From: Eledone cirrhosa
Lineage: Eukaryota
Assembly: GCA_964016885.1 (NCBI GenBank)
Contig: OZ024745.1
Span: 31,496,001-31,560,000, forward strand
Direction of reading: 5' to 3'
DNA length: 64,000 nucleotides
Part shown: in pieces, positions 12,769 to 25,909 of the stretch
How positions within the stretch are numbered: position 1 is the stretch's first letter
Layout of the letters: the number at the start of each line of letters is the position of its first letter
Position numbers and translations under genes: made by a program
The notes under the pieces: generated by a model
Told to the model about the DNA's origin: nothing
What the model saw: only the letters and a program-made list of their open reading frames with translations
Databases searched by the model: none

Positions 12769-12818
12769 GCCAAAGAAATGACTGCCAAAGCTAAGAAAAA
12801 GAAAAAGCTGCACTGGGG
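12769..12818 (+). CDS. FAM204A: FAM204A coding exon 6
   Basis: TTTTTAG|AKEMTAKAKKKKKLHWG|GTATGA. Confidence 0.9.
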
Positions 12819-12885
12819 GTATGAATTATACATTATTGAGAATATAAATATATTATTGCTGTTGTTATTATTATTACTATTATTA

Positions 12886-13101
12886 AGGTGGTGGTTTGGC
12901 AGTATCAGTAGAACGTCAGACACCATGCTTTGCAGCATAGAGTTATGGCCCTTTGTGTTCTGAATTCAAATCCGCCAAGGTTAACTTCATCTTTATAGGG
13001 TCGATAAAATGAAGTACCAGTCACGCACTGGGGTCGATTTAGTCGACTTTCCCCTCCCCCAAAATTGCTGGCCTTGTGCCTATATAAGAAACCATTATTA
13101 T
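12886..13101 (+). mobile_element. tRNA-derived SINE (second family)
   Basis: A box TGGCAGTATCAGTAG, B box GAATTCAAATCC, body GGGTCGATAAAA..AAGTACCAGT, tail GGCCTTGTGCC..AGAAAC. More than 10 further copies, e.g. 9375-9525, 18585-18745, 26133-26310, 35177-35385, 38305-38470, 44432-44645. Confidence 0.8.
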
Positions 13102-13495
13102 TGACTGTTTACATGTTTACAAACACAAACCTTACAAATTACACGGCCATTAAACACAAACAAGAAGCTAATGTACATAGATGTCGTGGCCTTCAGTGAG
13201 ACCAGAATTTCCTTCGCACCTATCTTCAGCAGCTACAAGATGTACACATCTCCAAGCCATCCAGGATCACTATAGAATCACTATGTTGTTTTGGAAAGGC
13301 TTGGATTTCACAATACAGGCTATCTTCCTGGACTCGGAAGGTACATTGGTGGTGTTGGACATGTCAAGCAGTCAAGGGCATGCTTTAAGGCTAGTGGTTG
13401 TCTATGCTCTAGCAGGAGCAGGATGACCTGGTGCCATCGGGTGCCTGGAGACCTTTCTAAAAACATCCTGCTCTTTAGTATTAGTGAGTAACTGG

Positions 13496-14880
13496 AATCA
13501 TCATCATCTTCGTTTTACGTCCATCTTCCACGCTAGCATGGGTTAGACGGGAGTTGTCCCACTTGAGGCAAGGTTGGTCGGGTGACCATGTCTTGCTCAT
13601 ATAGGACTATCTGGCAGGTTTTCTACGGCTGGATGCCCTTCCTAACACCAACCACATTTACAGTGTGGACTGGGAACTTTTTACCGTGTTACCTACACGG
13701 TCACATTACAGAGTGGACTGTGTGTTTTTTTTGTGACACCTACACGATCTCGATCTCATTATCTCATTTATTTGGACTGGATGTTGTGGTACCAACTTTA
13801 CAGAGAGAGGTTGGTGAGAGTGGGAGTGGAAGGATAGGGTAGGGGTAGTGGATTGGGGTGTATATTTGGTTAAGAGGTGCCTACTGACTGTAGGTTTCGC
13901 TTTGTACATAGGCAAGGCGGGTCTTCTGTATTACTGCGTAGTGCCAAAGATCTCGGTCCAGTGACATTGTCTTAGAGAAGTGTAAGTGTGTAAGTACGGA
14001 ATTTATCAGATCGTCCCAGGTTTTTCTGAGTCTACCTACTCCGTAACTTCCATCAATTTTGATCACCCTCACTTTTTTTATACAGCTGTCGTCTTTCATG
14101 CACATCATGTGTCCATACCAACGTAGTCTTCTCTCAAGTAAACAGCATCTGATCCCTCTTATTCCTAATTTCTCACTTAGTTCATTTATGCTTTGCCGTT
14201 CACGTATATTACTATTACACATCCAACGGAGCATGCATGCTTCATTCCTTTCCAGTCTACACAGGTCCTCTGCACGCAATGCCCATATCTCACTGCCATA
14301 TAGCATTGCTGTTCGTATACAGGTATCATACAATCTGCCTTTCATTTTTAGAGAGAAACCTTTTGTGGCCAACAGCGGTATAAGCTCTCTGAACTTTTTC
14401 CATCCCGTTCTGACTCTAGCTACTGTACTTTCAGAGCACCCTCCACCACTGCTGATTTTGTCACCCAGGTAACGGAAAGTGTCCACTATTTCTATAGAAC
14501 CATCTGGGCAATAGAAGGAGCTAGTATCCTGTGGGCACTTGCTACTTATTGCACCTGAGCATCAGCCACATATAAAATCTACGTTCTTAGATAGTTTACC
14601 TGTGATCCCACTACATCTTTTATGTACCCATAGTTTGCATTTGGGACATAAAATGGAATTTCTGCCTACTCCTTTCCTACACACTGAGCATGGCCATTTC
14701 CTTGAGGGCACCTGTGCCCTATTTTCCTTTCTACAAACTAGAACTTTTGTCTTAGACAAGTTAACTTTAAGGCCTTTTGATTCTAGGCTATTCTTCCATG
14801 TTTGGAATTTCTTCTTTAGTTCAGCCATAGATTCAGCTATGAGAGTTAGATCATCTACATATAGGAGTTCCCATGGGCAG
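13496..14880 (-). mobile_element. 5'-truncated RTE LINE (RT C-terminus, PHD-like Cys motif, 3' UTR) in FAM204A intron 6
   Basis: Translation CPWELLYVDDL...GLKVNLSKTK...CSVCRKGVG...C..C..WVH..C, one TGA stop, then FRYLG...RRLRWYGH...GRLRKTW; 3' UTR ends in (ATG)n. Confidence 0.9.
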
Positions 14881-15947
14881 CATGCACACTGGGACTGTGT
14901 AGTGCTAACAAATAGAGACGGCTGTAAAAGCCTCCCAAATCTGCTCAGACGTTTCCAGCTGTGATAGGTAGTGACTGGATTTCCTGAATGTGCCACTGTG
15001 GACATGTTCAAACTGGATCAGGTCATCCAGATTGTATCTAGATAGGATATTCCATTAGGAAATAGATAAGGGTAGTATAGGTTGTCACATTTCAAAATAG
15101 TTGACTTCACAGACCACAACTTTGTAATTTGTAGAGCAAAGCTTAGATATAGGAGTTACTATTTTTAGTTTCATATCTCTTGGTTCAGAGTGCAAATTTC
15201 GCCAGAGATTATTTTGCCTTTCATCTTCTAAGTTTTATCAAATCAATGAAGCAATATTTCTGAGATGGAATCTATTGAATATATATCTCTTGTATAGTAT
15301 CTCATGAAATTAAATCTATATTTTATTATTATCATTGGAAAGAAAGTTTGATGTTGTTATATGTGATTGTATGCTGGCATGGAAAGTGGACGTTAAACGA
15401 TGATGATGATGATGTATATATTATTAGCAATGTTTAAAATGATCTAATTCATTTATCATTCCATTAATGTAATTCTCCTGCTGTTGATTGTAAATTCCAT
15501 ATATACAGCGGGCCAACTGGCCAGACCTTCCTCAAAATGCTACCATCCAGCTTCCAAAATATGGTTCTGCTATGAGCAGGGTACAGTGCAACTAACTGGC
15601 CAGACCCTCCTCATAACAGGACCACCCAGTCCCACTGTAAACGTGGTTGGTGTTAAGAAAGGCATCCAGCTGTAAAGCTGGAAAAATAAAATAGCCAAAA
15701 TACAGTTCTGTTTGATCAATGTATGGCATGTCCAACTGGCCAGACTTGTCTCATAATGTGGATGACCCGTTTAACTCATGCAATTATGGAAAAATAGACA
15801 TTAAATGGTGATGATGATGATGATGAGTCCTTGAAATTTTAACTGTCCGTGATGATAAGTTGAATTAGTATTTTTAATGGGATACTACTTTGAAAATTGT
15901 TTTTATTTTTAACGTGTGTATAATTTGAGATTTTCTTTATTTTATAG

Positions 15948-15990
15948 ATTTGAACACAAACAACGTTGGGAGATGAAAGGAAATATGTGA
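15948..15990 (+). CDS. FAM204A: FAM204A coding exon 7 (terminal)
   Basis: TTTATAG|A TTT GAA CAC...ATG TGA encodes GFEHKQRWEMKGNM*, similar to the human C-terminus 'GFEAKKRWETKSNM' as recalled. Confidence 0.92.
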
Positions 15991-16380
15991 TAGTATTTTA
16001 TTTCCCAAGAATGTCTTTAAAATGGAAGGTGCTTTATAAGCACTGAATGGACTAATGAACAGGCAGGTCTTCTGTCATTGAGATGAGAAAGATGATATCA
16101 GACATCATGTAAACATAGTCCTACGAGCAATATAGATGGAAATCTATAGACACCATTATTATTATCAGTCCTGTAACATGGGTTGTTTGGATACTTCTCA
16201 AGACCACCAGCTTAACATTCTCTATTCCTTGTAATTTTTAAAACTTGGTGAAATGCATGATACTCTCATGCTAAAGATATCGTTCCATCCTTTTCATAAT
16301 TATGAAATGTTTATGAACAGTGCTCAGGTGTACTAAAACATCTTGACTCTCCTGTTTCTTTCTGGAATTAACCCTTAGAA

Positions 16381-16651
16381 CGGCAGTCCCCAACCTTTTT
16401 GCACCTCAGACCGGTGACTCATTAATCCTCCTTAACAATTGTACCTCACTGGCCTCCACTATTTCATCAATTTGTCCAGTTATGGTGCTAGCAAAAAGGG
16501 GAACCATTGCTATCTTTTTAACTGCAGCCTTTCCAAAAACTTCTTGGCAAATATTCTTAGCAGCAGGCAGGATCAACTCTTCACCAACAGTGATGGGCTT
16601 CTTAGCAGTTTGGTACCAAATGGTCCATGGCCCGGTGGTTGGGGACTGCCA
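16381..16651. mobile_element. hAT (Charlie/MER1-like) MITE
   Basis: TIRs GGCAGTCCCCAACC / GGTTGGGGACTGCC; 8-bp TSD CCTTAGAA / CCTTAAAA with one mismatch. Confidence 0.8.
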
Positions 16652-17099
16652 CCTTAAAAGATGGTTTTAGCAAGATATTCTGACTGATATACTCCCACTC
16701 CATGCCAGTTTTGTCTTCCTGGTTGTAAATTAATCCAGTTACTTCACAAATTCTTTTTTCAACTCCTTTATTAAAGCTGCAGTTAAAGACATAGAAAATC
16801 TTACAATAACATTTCTTGTATAAGCTGTTTTTAGCAGTTTCAGTGAGTTGTTCAGGATTTGCAAGTATAAGAACTGGTATTGCAAAACAACAAATTGGTT
16901 TATAACTGATATCCTACATATATTTTTCATGGGCCTTAATCTCATCAGAGTTTCAACTCCAATGCTTCCTGCATCACTTATGATCTGCTCTAAAATGTTC
17001 TAAATGCGGAAGAGAAGGCAGCTCTGACAGATTCCTACAGTGTTAAGGAACTATTTCGCGATGAATGAATGGTGCTCTGGTTGTATTGGATGGTATGAG

Positions 17100-17580
17100 T
17101 CAACCTGCAACATATACTTTGTCTCCCAGGATAGATACCACTCATTGATTAAAAATAGCCTGACCTCCTCTTACAAAAAATCCAACCCCTGTATGATCCA
17201 GGAAATTAATGCTGAGGGATGCTACATCACCTGCAGCCTCAACATCCATGTCCATGATCAAACTGAATCTCTCAACCCACATGTTCCCTATTTCACTATC
17301 AAGGACCATAAATTGGACTTCAACTACAAAACCACCATCTGGTTCATCAACCTGACGAAGTCTGACATAGGGAGGATTAGTAAAAGGATCCTGGATAAAA
17401 TCATACTCCAAGTAAAGCAATGAGCTAGGCTCAGCTTATGAACCACAAAGGTCATATCCTGGTTCCAAGACATCGCTGATAAAGAGAACACCAAATTCAT
17501 CCAATTTGATATTGAAAATTACTATTCTTCTACAACACAACCATTGATGGAAGCCATGATAGATTACACCCAAAACATTA
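17100..17580 (+). mobile_element. Penelope-like element RT fragment
   Basis: YFTIKDHK..F......INLTKSDIGRISKRILDKI followed by WFQDIADKENTKFIQFDIENYY, typical of Penelope-like RT N-terminal regions. Confidence 0.75.
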
Positions 17581-17879
17581 TATATACATAATAGAAAAAA
17601 ATGATGAAGTTTCGTTCACATATTATTATTATTGACCTGTTATGTACGTTGCACAAGTGAATGGCTCAAGGTCATGTATAGAAGCTATAGACCTAACTCC
17701 AGTATCGATCTGCTTGTCAGACTTGGTGGTTCAACATAAAAACAGCGTGTTTGAGGTGGTTGGTAAATTGCTGTGTGTGTGTAAATATCAGCCCTATTTT
17801 TTGCAGACTCATTCATAAAACAGATGAGATGGCATGTGTTCCACTTTGACAGAAAGAGCAGCAATAACACATCTATTTG

Positions 17880-18445
17880 CACCTGAAGGAATTTGAAGAA
17901 ATCATTATAAACATGATTAAAAAAATCTTCAATTCAAATCTCGTATGTAATATGGACACAACACGACCTACCTGAATGAGCTGGATAAACTAATCACCCG
18001 ACTGAAGGAACCCACTGGAATTATCGTATCCACCACTAAGACTGGCAACCTTTACTCTATGGATTACTGGACTACCAAAACTACATCAGGAAAGAAAGTA
18101 CAAAGTTACCACCAAAACTACATCAGGAAAGAAAGTACAAAGTTACCACCAACACTAACTTCTACAATATCAATATGATGGAATGTGACATTATGACAGA
18201 ATTACATACCAAAGACAGAACCGAACCCTATAAACCTAGGACACTCCACATAGCGATTAAACACCATAGACCTGACTTTGAAAGCTAACTCCCAGTAAGA
18301 TTAATAGCTCTTTTGAAATCAGATTTAGGTAAGAACTTAAGACTAAACTAGGAACTAGTGTATGGATATGCACAAAGTACGTAATTGACTGGTTTAATAA
18401 CATGGAATGTAAACATGGCTCTAGTTTCATCTAATTAGACATTTC
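17880..18445 (+). mobile_element. Second, more decayed Penelope-like RT fragment
   Basis: DKTGNLY-like motif, IAIKHHRPDF..LPVRLI..KSDLGK and VIDWFNN...LDI remnants; contains a 37-bp tandem duplication at 18074-18150. Confidence 0.6.
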
Positions 18446-19409
18446 TGTGAAACATGTAACAGGTTGATAATCAATAAAAACACATAAACAAAATTTCATT
18501 GTTCTTTCTTATTATATACACTCTGCCTGCTCACAGAGCTGTGCTCAGTAATCCAGTGATGACAAACAATAAAAATAAATATAATAATTGTTTTTACTTT
18601 AGGCACAAGGTCAGCAATTTGAAGGGGAGAGAAAAGTCAATTAAATTGACCACAGTGCTTACTGGTACATTATTTTATCGACTCCCGTAAGGATGAAAGA
18701 CAAAGCTAACCTTGACAGGATTTGAACCCAGAACGTAAAGGACAATAATAATATCAGAAATTTGTGGGAGAGAGGAAAGTCAATTAAATCAATTCTAGTA
18801 ATTTATTTTGTTGAAAGGGAAAATCGATCTCGGTAAAATTTGAATTCAGAACATAAAGAGCCAAAACAAATGCTGCAAAGTATTTTGTCTGATGCTCTAA
18901 CAATTCTGCAGATCCGCATATTATAAAAAAAAGAGAATTTAAAAGGAGGCACAACAAAATTACATGCATACTTCATTGGAAACTGGAAATATAATTTGGA
19001 CAGACTTAATAGGCGGTACAAGCAAAAGCAGTGGGAGATAAAATTCTTGTGTAATTTCAATGCCCAATGTGATCAAATTATTGAGGCTAGAAACCAGATA
19101 TTGTTAACTTAAGAAAATCTTTTAAAAAAGCACCACAATAATAGGTGTGGTATTCCTGAATGACAGGAGTGTGTGAGAACAAACAAAAACAGTTGAAATT
19201 GTACAATGAGGAAGAAAATGAAAGTATGGGGATATTTTTTAAAAATAGCAAAATACATAATCTTTTTATTTACCATTATACAAACAATTGATATATCTAT
19301 ATAAAAAAATAATTTAAAAAGAAGAAAAATGTGAGAAGACCTGCACACTTAATCAAACACTACAAGGGATGTTAGTGTTTCTCTCTAATAATGTTTTAGG
19401 TAAACCAAT

Positions 19410-19600
19410 ACTCATGTAGCTTTGCCATAGGTGACCTTGAGACTAAAACCCAGGAATAACAAAGCACCCTCATGGACATCACCTGATGTATTGGTAATGC
19501 TACCTGCCAACAATGACAAGAACTTTGTTGTCAGTAGCCTAGATCCCCCAAACATCTCAAATGCCACAGGCTGCAAGAATAGTTTGCCAATAATTCCTGG
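19410..19600 (-). mobile_element. CRE-like non-LTR retrotransposon 3' fragment (restriction-like endonuclease tail)
   Basis: FLQPVAFEMFGG...KFLSLLAGSI...GD..EGALLF, homologous to 39100-39270. Confidence 0.6.
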
Positions 19601-19794
19601 TATTTTAGAAGATTGGGATAAAAATTCAAACAGATCCATTATAGAAAACCTCATTATTTGAAACAACAAGGACCCTAAAGTATTCAAATATTGACTGATG
19701 AAAGAATCTTTGGGTGTTGTTTTTCTTTCTGACAATTTCTTTATTTAACATACCTCATTTAACACACACACACATATATATATATATTATGTAG

Positions 19795-20065
19795 GTGACA
19801 TGACAAAAAGTGACCAGCCCACACTGTAAAATAGTTGTGTAGGTGTCATGACAAAAAACATCCAGCCCACATTGTAAAGTGGTTGTATAGGTGTCATAAG
19901 AAAATGGAGACATGATAAAAAGCACCCAACCCCCACTGTAAAGTGGTCTTGTAGGTGCTGCAACAAAAAGCATCCAGCCCACACTGTAAAGTGATTGTGC
20001 AGATGTCATGACAAAAAGTACACATCACACACTGTAGAGTGGTTGAATAGGTGTCACGATAAAAG
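19795..20065 (+). repeat. Tandem expansion (about 6 units) of the ~43-bp SINE/RTE sub-repeat
   Basis: Repeated GTAGGTGTCATGACAAAAAGCACCCAGCCCACACTGTAAAGTGGTT. Confidence 0.75.
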
Positions 20066-21384
20066 TTGTACTCGTAGTCAATCCCATTTTTTATTGCTAT
20101 TTTCCGAAATTATGGCATATTTATGTATCATACATCCATCACTTCTGGCCGGTGTCAAGGACTCCCTTCTCATATAAAAGATGATCCTCATAGTGATCTC
20201 TCTTTTAATTCAATAGCAGATTTTGTCTGTAACAGTTGTCCAAAATGGCCAACCAGAAAGACAATATCTTTACTTTCTTGCATTCTCTATACTCATATCT
20301 TTAAATTTCTCTCTCCTGGTAAACCGTGTGCATGATACATTTTGTTTGCAACTAAATATTTACATTCCAAAGAAAATACTTTCCTTTCTTGAATTCTGTA
20401 GTTTAATATAATGTTACATGGTTTCATAGTATTCCATGACAACAAATAAATATATCAAAGATACTTTTGGTTTTCCTAGTGGAGAAATCCCTTTTCTAGC
20501 TTCAATTACGCATCAACATTGGCACACATAACCAATACAACTAACAATTTTGCTAATCATACATATCACTGTAATCATCACCATTTAATGTCTATTTTCC
20601 ATGCTTGCATGGGTTAGACAGGTTGTCACATTATGGGGTTAGACCAGGTGATCATGTCTTACTCACATGCTCTGTTTTTGGCTTCGTTTCTATGTCCTTT
20701 CTAATACCAACTACTTTACAGTGTGTTCTATCACCTTATGGGATGGACTGGGTGCTTTTCATCAGAGCAACAGCATTACCATTTTACAAGGACGGGTTTC
20801 ATTTTATTGTGGCATCAGCACTACTTTACTATGACACTAAAGTGCTCATTTTATCCTTGGCAAGGCTAGGGAAGCATTGATGGGAGTGGGGGCTGGATAT
20901 ATGCTTTTTGTCAAGGGAACGAGAGAGATGTGACCATGAGTGAGGAATCATTGAGTCATGAGGGTAGCCTTGAAGAAAGTGAGTGGTGTTTAGGATTACA
21001 GGATGTGCCAGGCTTTTCATATTGGCATTGGTTTGGCGGGGAAGGTGAATTGGAAAAATTAATGGAAGAGGGTGGGAGATTTCCCCTGACTTCCATGCTG
21101 GGATGAGTTAGATGAGGAAAGAAGAGTGTGAGTGGGATGGGGGTAATTAAAGTGGAGGAGAGTGGATGGGTGACAGAGAGCATGGGAGTGTGCCATCCTT
21201 GTTTCATGTTGCTATATACACATATACACATCTCATTATATATCCATTGATCAGTTTAAGGGACAATCCGTATCAATCATGCCCGACTTTGGAATCAATA
21301 GCTCATCACACTCATGGTTTCCTTAATGCATTGAGTGCTAAAGATGGTGAACCAATAGTAACATAAAGTTACAAATCATTACTC

Positions 21385-21990
21385 GAGAGAAGGCTACGTT
21401 GGTATGGTCACGTGATGCGCATGAAAGAGGACAGCTGTATAAAAAAGTGCAGAGCAATAAAGATAGATGGTAGCCACGGAGTAGGCAGACCCAGAAAAAC
21501 CTGGGACGACCTGATAAATTCCGACCTCACACACTTACACCTCTCCAAGACAATGTCACTGGACCGAGATCTTTGGCGGTACTCAGTAATAGAGAAGACC
21601 CGCCTTACCTGAATACAAAGTAAAACCTACTACAGTCAGTAGGCATCTCTAACAAAATACACCCCCACTCCATCCGCACCGCCCCTTTCAATGTAAAGTT
21701 ATGTTGGTGCCACAACATCCAGGCCGAAACAAATGAGATCGTGTAGGTGTCACGACAAAAAAACACACAGTCCACGCTGTAATGTGGCCATGTAGGCAAC
21801 ACGGTAAAAATCTCCCAGCCCCACACTGTAAATGTGGTTGGTGTTAGGAAGGGCATCCAGCTGTAGAAAACCCGCCAGACAGTCCTATGCGAGCAAGACA
21901 ACCACTCTTGCCTCAAGTGGGAAAACTCCCGTCCAAACCCATGCAAGCGTGGAACATGGACGTTAAACGATGATGATGATGATGATGATG
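21385..21990 (+). mobile_element. RTE LINE 3' end (inverted relative to 13496-14135)
   Basis: Translation RRLRWYGHVMRMKEDSCIKK...GRPRKTWDDLI; same 3' UTR and (ATG)n tail. Confidence 0.88.
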
Positions 21991-22756
21991 ATATGTGGTG
22001 GTATGGATATGTGATGCATATGGAAGATGATAGATGTGTAAAAAAGTGTAGGCACTCAAAGTTGACATATGAAATCTTTGGATGAAGTGATAAAAACTGA
22101 TCTTGCACATTTAAACCTCTCAAAGGAGATAGCACAGGATCAAGATTGTTGCTGGTATGCCACACTGCAGAAACCTCGCCTTTCCATGTATACAGGATGA
22201 AACAAACATATAGAGGTGACTAGTCTGTACTAATCTTCTCCCTACTCCTTGCCAATTCAACATTCCTAGATTTAAAACTCCCCTCCCACCAGCTAAATAT
22301 CCTACTCACCTCATCTACGTCCAACTTGTTTCCCCACCAACTTTCACCTTCCTCACTCCTGATACATGTCTTTTGTCCAACCCATGCACATAAGCGTGGA
22401 AAGCTGGACATGCTCCATATTTTCTCTCCGATGATGCCACTGCCATTGACAAAGGTCTACCCTGTATGGTGCCACAGCAAAAACACCCAGTCCACTCTGT
22501 AAGTTCCTAGTGAAATGTCATGAGGAAGTGTAGGAACATATCTTTGCATCTCTACTCGAGTCTGGATGGAAGATCCCTGCGCAGATGTTCATCTGTTTTA
22601 TGTCTGACAAAAAAATACAGAGTCTCTCTTACACACAATCATAGCAGTATGAACAAGCATGTCCACACGGAACCACATCCTGACCAAAGGGAGCACAAAA
22701 AGCCCACAAACTCTGATGTCATCCACTGCCCCTCACTTCTGTCAAGACCTCACACC

Positions 22757-23590
22757 AAAAATAAGCCACTAGATTTAGCTTTTGTTGATTTAGAAATAGC
22801 CTTTGGCAGAGTACCTCTATCTATTATCTGGTAGTCCTTAAGGAAATTAGGTGTAGAAGAATGGCTTGTGGGAGCAGTGCAAGTTATGTGCAGAGGAGCT
22901 GTTAGTAAAGAGAGAGTAGGAAATGAATCTCATGAGGAATTCAAGGTACAGGTAGGAGTTTATCAAGGTTTGGTTCTTAGCCCACTGCTATTCATCATAG
23001 TCCTCCAGGCCATAAAAGAGGAGTTTAAAATGGGCTGTTTGTGGGAACTTTTCTATGCAGATGATTTGGTCCTTGTAGCTGAAACCAAAAAAGAACTAGA
23101 AAACAAATTCCAATTATGGAAACTTAATTTGGAAACAAAAGGTCTAAGAGTAAGCTTAGCCAAAACTAAAGTGCTAGTGAGTAGGAAAGAAGATAGGACC
23201 CAGATTCCTTCAGGGAAGTGGTCCTGCTCAATATTTTGAAAAGGAGGAGGCATAAACTCCATACAATGTAAATCAAAGAGATGTAGTGGGATAATGGGTA
23301 GACGAAAAGGAAAAGACTTTGAATGTAGAAGATGCACTGGAGTAATTGAGGGAAAGAACGTCAGTGATATAAACCTCTTCAAGTCACAAAAAGGGTTGTA
23401 GAAGTGGTTGATAGCTTCTGCTATCTAGGTGATTTAATAAGCAGTGGAGGAGGGTGCTCTGAGTGCATAATAGCTAGAATAAGAATTGCAAAGGAAATGA
23501 CGATGGAACGCAACGAGTAGAGTGAGCTGTGCTGAAAAAGATCCGTCCAACCCTTTCAAACGTGGAAAAATGGACGTAAAAACGATGATG
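22757..23590 (+). mobile_element. Decayed RTE LINE RT fragment
   Basis: AFVDLEIAFGRVP, VGVYQGLVLSPLLF, LFYADDL and GLRVSLAKTK motifs, with stops. Confidence 0.88.
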
Positions 23591-25044
23591 TATATATATA
23601 TATATAAATATATACACATACATTACAAGCATATATATCATCATCGCCGTTTAACGTCTATTTTCCATGTTTGCATGCCGCAAAGGACAATTTTCTCCGG
23701 AATACGGAGGAGGAAGGGCTAGACCCTTGGACATTAACCCCCCCCCCCCCCCAGGAGTTTTCTTTACCCCATGGACCTAACCCTAAGTGAGAGGTGTGTG
23801 TGAAAAGTCCGAGCATCCCCCCTCTCCCCGTTTTCTAGAAAAAAAGTCTTTTGTGGCATATTCGGAGGTAAGTTTAATTGATACCACGAAAAAAACATAA
23901 AAAAAGGAAAAATAATTATTTCCCATTGAAATCGATGGGAGTGTTCTATGATAGCCAATGTGGCATAGGCGTCTTAAACACTAGGCTCGCGGGCAGCAAA
24001 GTACTTTTCTATGGCCTACGGCAGAACAATTTCCGGGACTAATTAAGGAAAATTTGCCCTCCAGAATTTTGTATTAATTCACATATCCCACTATCATATG
24101 TGTATTCATTTTGATGAAAAATAAATAAATAGCATCCTCTCAACTGTATTGTGGATTAACATTATAACTGGCGGAAATCACACAATCACCTCTCATCTCA
24201 ATTTTGTTTGTGAAACTACTCCAAGGCGTAATAACTCCTTTGAGTCCTTGAGTTTGAGAACTCCAGATATAGAATGTAGCCTTTTTGTAACGAGCCGACA
24301 CCATCAGAAAATACAGTTTATATCTGAATTTAAATTAATTTCAAAACACGCAAAACTAATATCGTCGCGCGTACGGCGTTTCATATTGCATACACAAGAA
24401 AGCTTTCGCGTCACAACTTCCAATGTACCATGATCTACAAACCTTATGATTAACGTATTTAAAATCTAATATATATGTGTTGGATTTCATATAGAAAAGA
24501 CTTGCACACGACAAGAAGTCATTTCTTTTTATATGAAATAAATTACATACTTTCTCTACCAATGTATTGAGTACCTCATTTAACTGTGGTCTCTTTTCCT
24601 CCGTTCCTCTGGAAAACCATTCTTAATTATATATATATACAACATATAAATAAGCGTGTATATATGTATACATACATAATAGAAATAGAGAACAGAAACA
24701 ATAGCTATTTTTAACCCAGGCCTTTGATTTACTGCAGGATATAAATGAACTCCGATATATTCTTTTCTTTCTTGTAATTAGCGAACAAGTAGATTGATGA
24801 AGAGATGCAGTGACATGTAATTCACATATACAGCAACAATAATAATGATAATAATTTGAAAGTAATTAAGTTTTTGCGTATTTGGAAGCTAAATGCCGTA
24901 AAGCGGTACGAAAGTGTGTTTATCATCAGCGTCCTGCCGAAAAACAGCAGCTTTATCAGAACGTAAGTGTATTCGCTGAATTTTACTTCTGATTTGAGCG
25001 AGGGATAGTCTTTTTCCAGTAAAGAAGCTTTCCATTCACAAAGT

Positions 25045-25225
25045 ATGACATGGAGGGACAGACTAGAAAATCTCCTTGACATTGCCTTGAGAATCCCTCC
25101 TCTTTTCGTGATGGATGCTATACTAAATAAGCAAACATCTGTAGGACTTTGGTTGCTTTTCAACATCAAAGAGCCGCCAGATTCGTGGGGATTTAGTACC
25201 ATCACGTTTCTCTTTGATTTTGCAG
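25045..25225 (+). CDS. RNF139: TRC8/RNF139-like E3 ubiquitin ligase, coding exon 1
   Basis: Encodes MTWRDRLENLLDIALRIPPLFVMDAIL, the TRC8_N-type 'LRVPxxFxxD' motif. Donor GCAG|GTAAAC in phase 1 matches the acceptor at 31177/31178. Confidence 0.85.
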
Positions 25226-25538
25226 GTAAACACTATCATTTACCAAGTTATTGTTTATTTTGTCATTGTTTTAAAATTGTCAATCCATTGAAATGTCATA
25301 TAATCTGCCTGCATTATTACTTACGAATGATTCACAGTATTCCTAAAATGGAAAAGTTGAAAAAATCAGCAAGATGTTACTTGTTAATGTTGATTTACCT
25401 GTGTGTGTGTGTGTACGACCACCTAGCAAAAGAATATGCTATGTTATTTGTATTCCCTCATAATACATTTGTGTATTTCATCATAGCAGTTGTCCTTCTT
25501 TAGGCCTATATTAAATTACCCCAACAACTGAAAATAAT

Positions 25539-25722
25539 TGTTTCTACTTTAGGCACAATGCCAGCAATAACCCAGTGCATTACTGGTACTTTATTTTATC
25601 GACACCGTAAGGATGAAAGACAAAGTTAACCTCGACGGGGTTTGAACTCAGATCGTAAAGGGACGTAACTATGCTGGAAAGCATGGCGTCCGACCCTCTA
25701 CCGATACTGCCAATTCACCGCC
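25539..25722 (-). mobile_element. Full-length tRNA-derived SINE with target-site duplication
   Basis: Flanked by the direct repeat CAACAACTGAAAATAAT (25522-25538 and 25723-25739); A/B boxes on the - strand. Confidence 0.85.
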
Positions 25723-25875
25723 CAACAACTGAAAATAATACATAGTGGTAGCAGAAGAAAAATGTCAACTTATAATAATAGCCTTTCGGATTGTTTTATT
25801 TTGTGAAAAATTCTGTTTGCCACTCATCTTCATTTGAGATACTTTAGTTAACAGTTTAGCTAGTAATAAACACGG

Positions 25876-25909
<34 letters not shown>

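Noticed and set aside
13180-13490. GC-richer insert, possibly an RLE LINE remnant on the - strand
   Set aside because: Similarity is too weak to call without a database search.
24822-25205. 127-aa antisense ORF over RNF139 exon 1
   Set aside because: No recognisable motifs; shadow of a real exon and its UTR.
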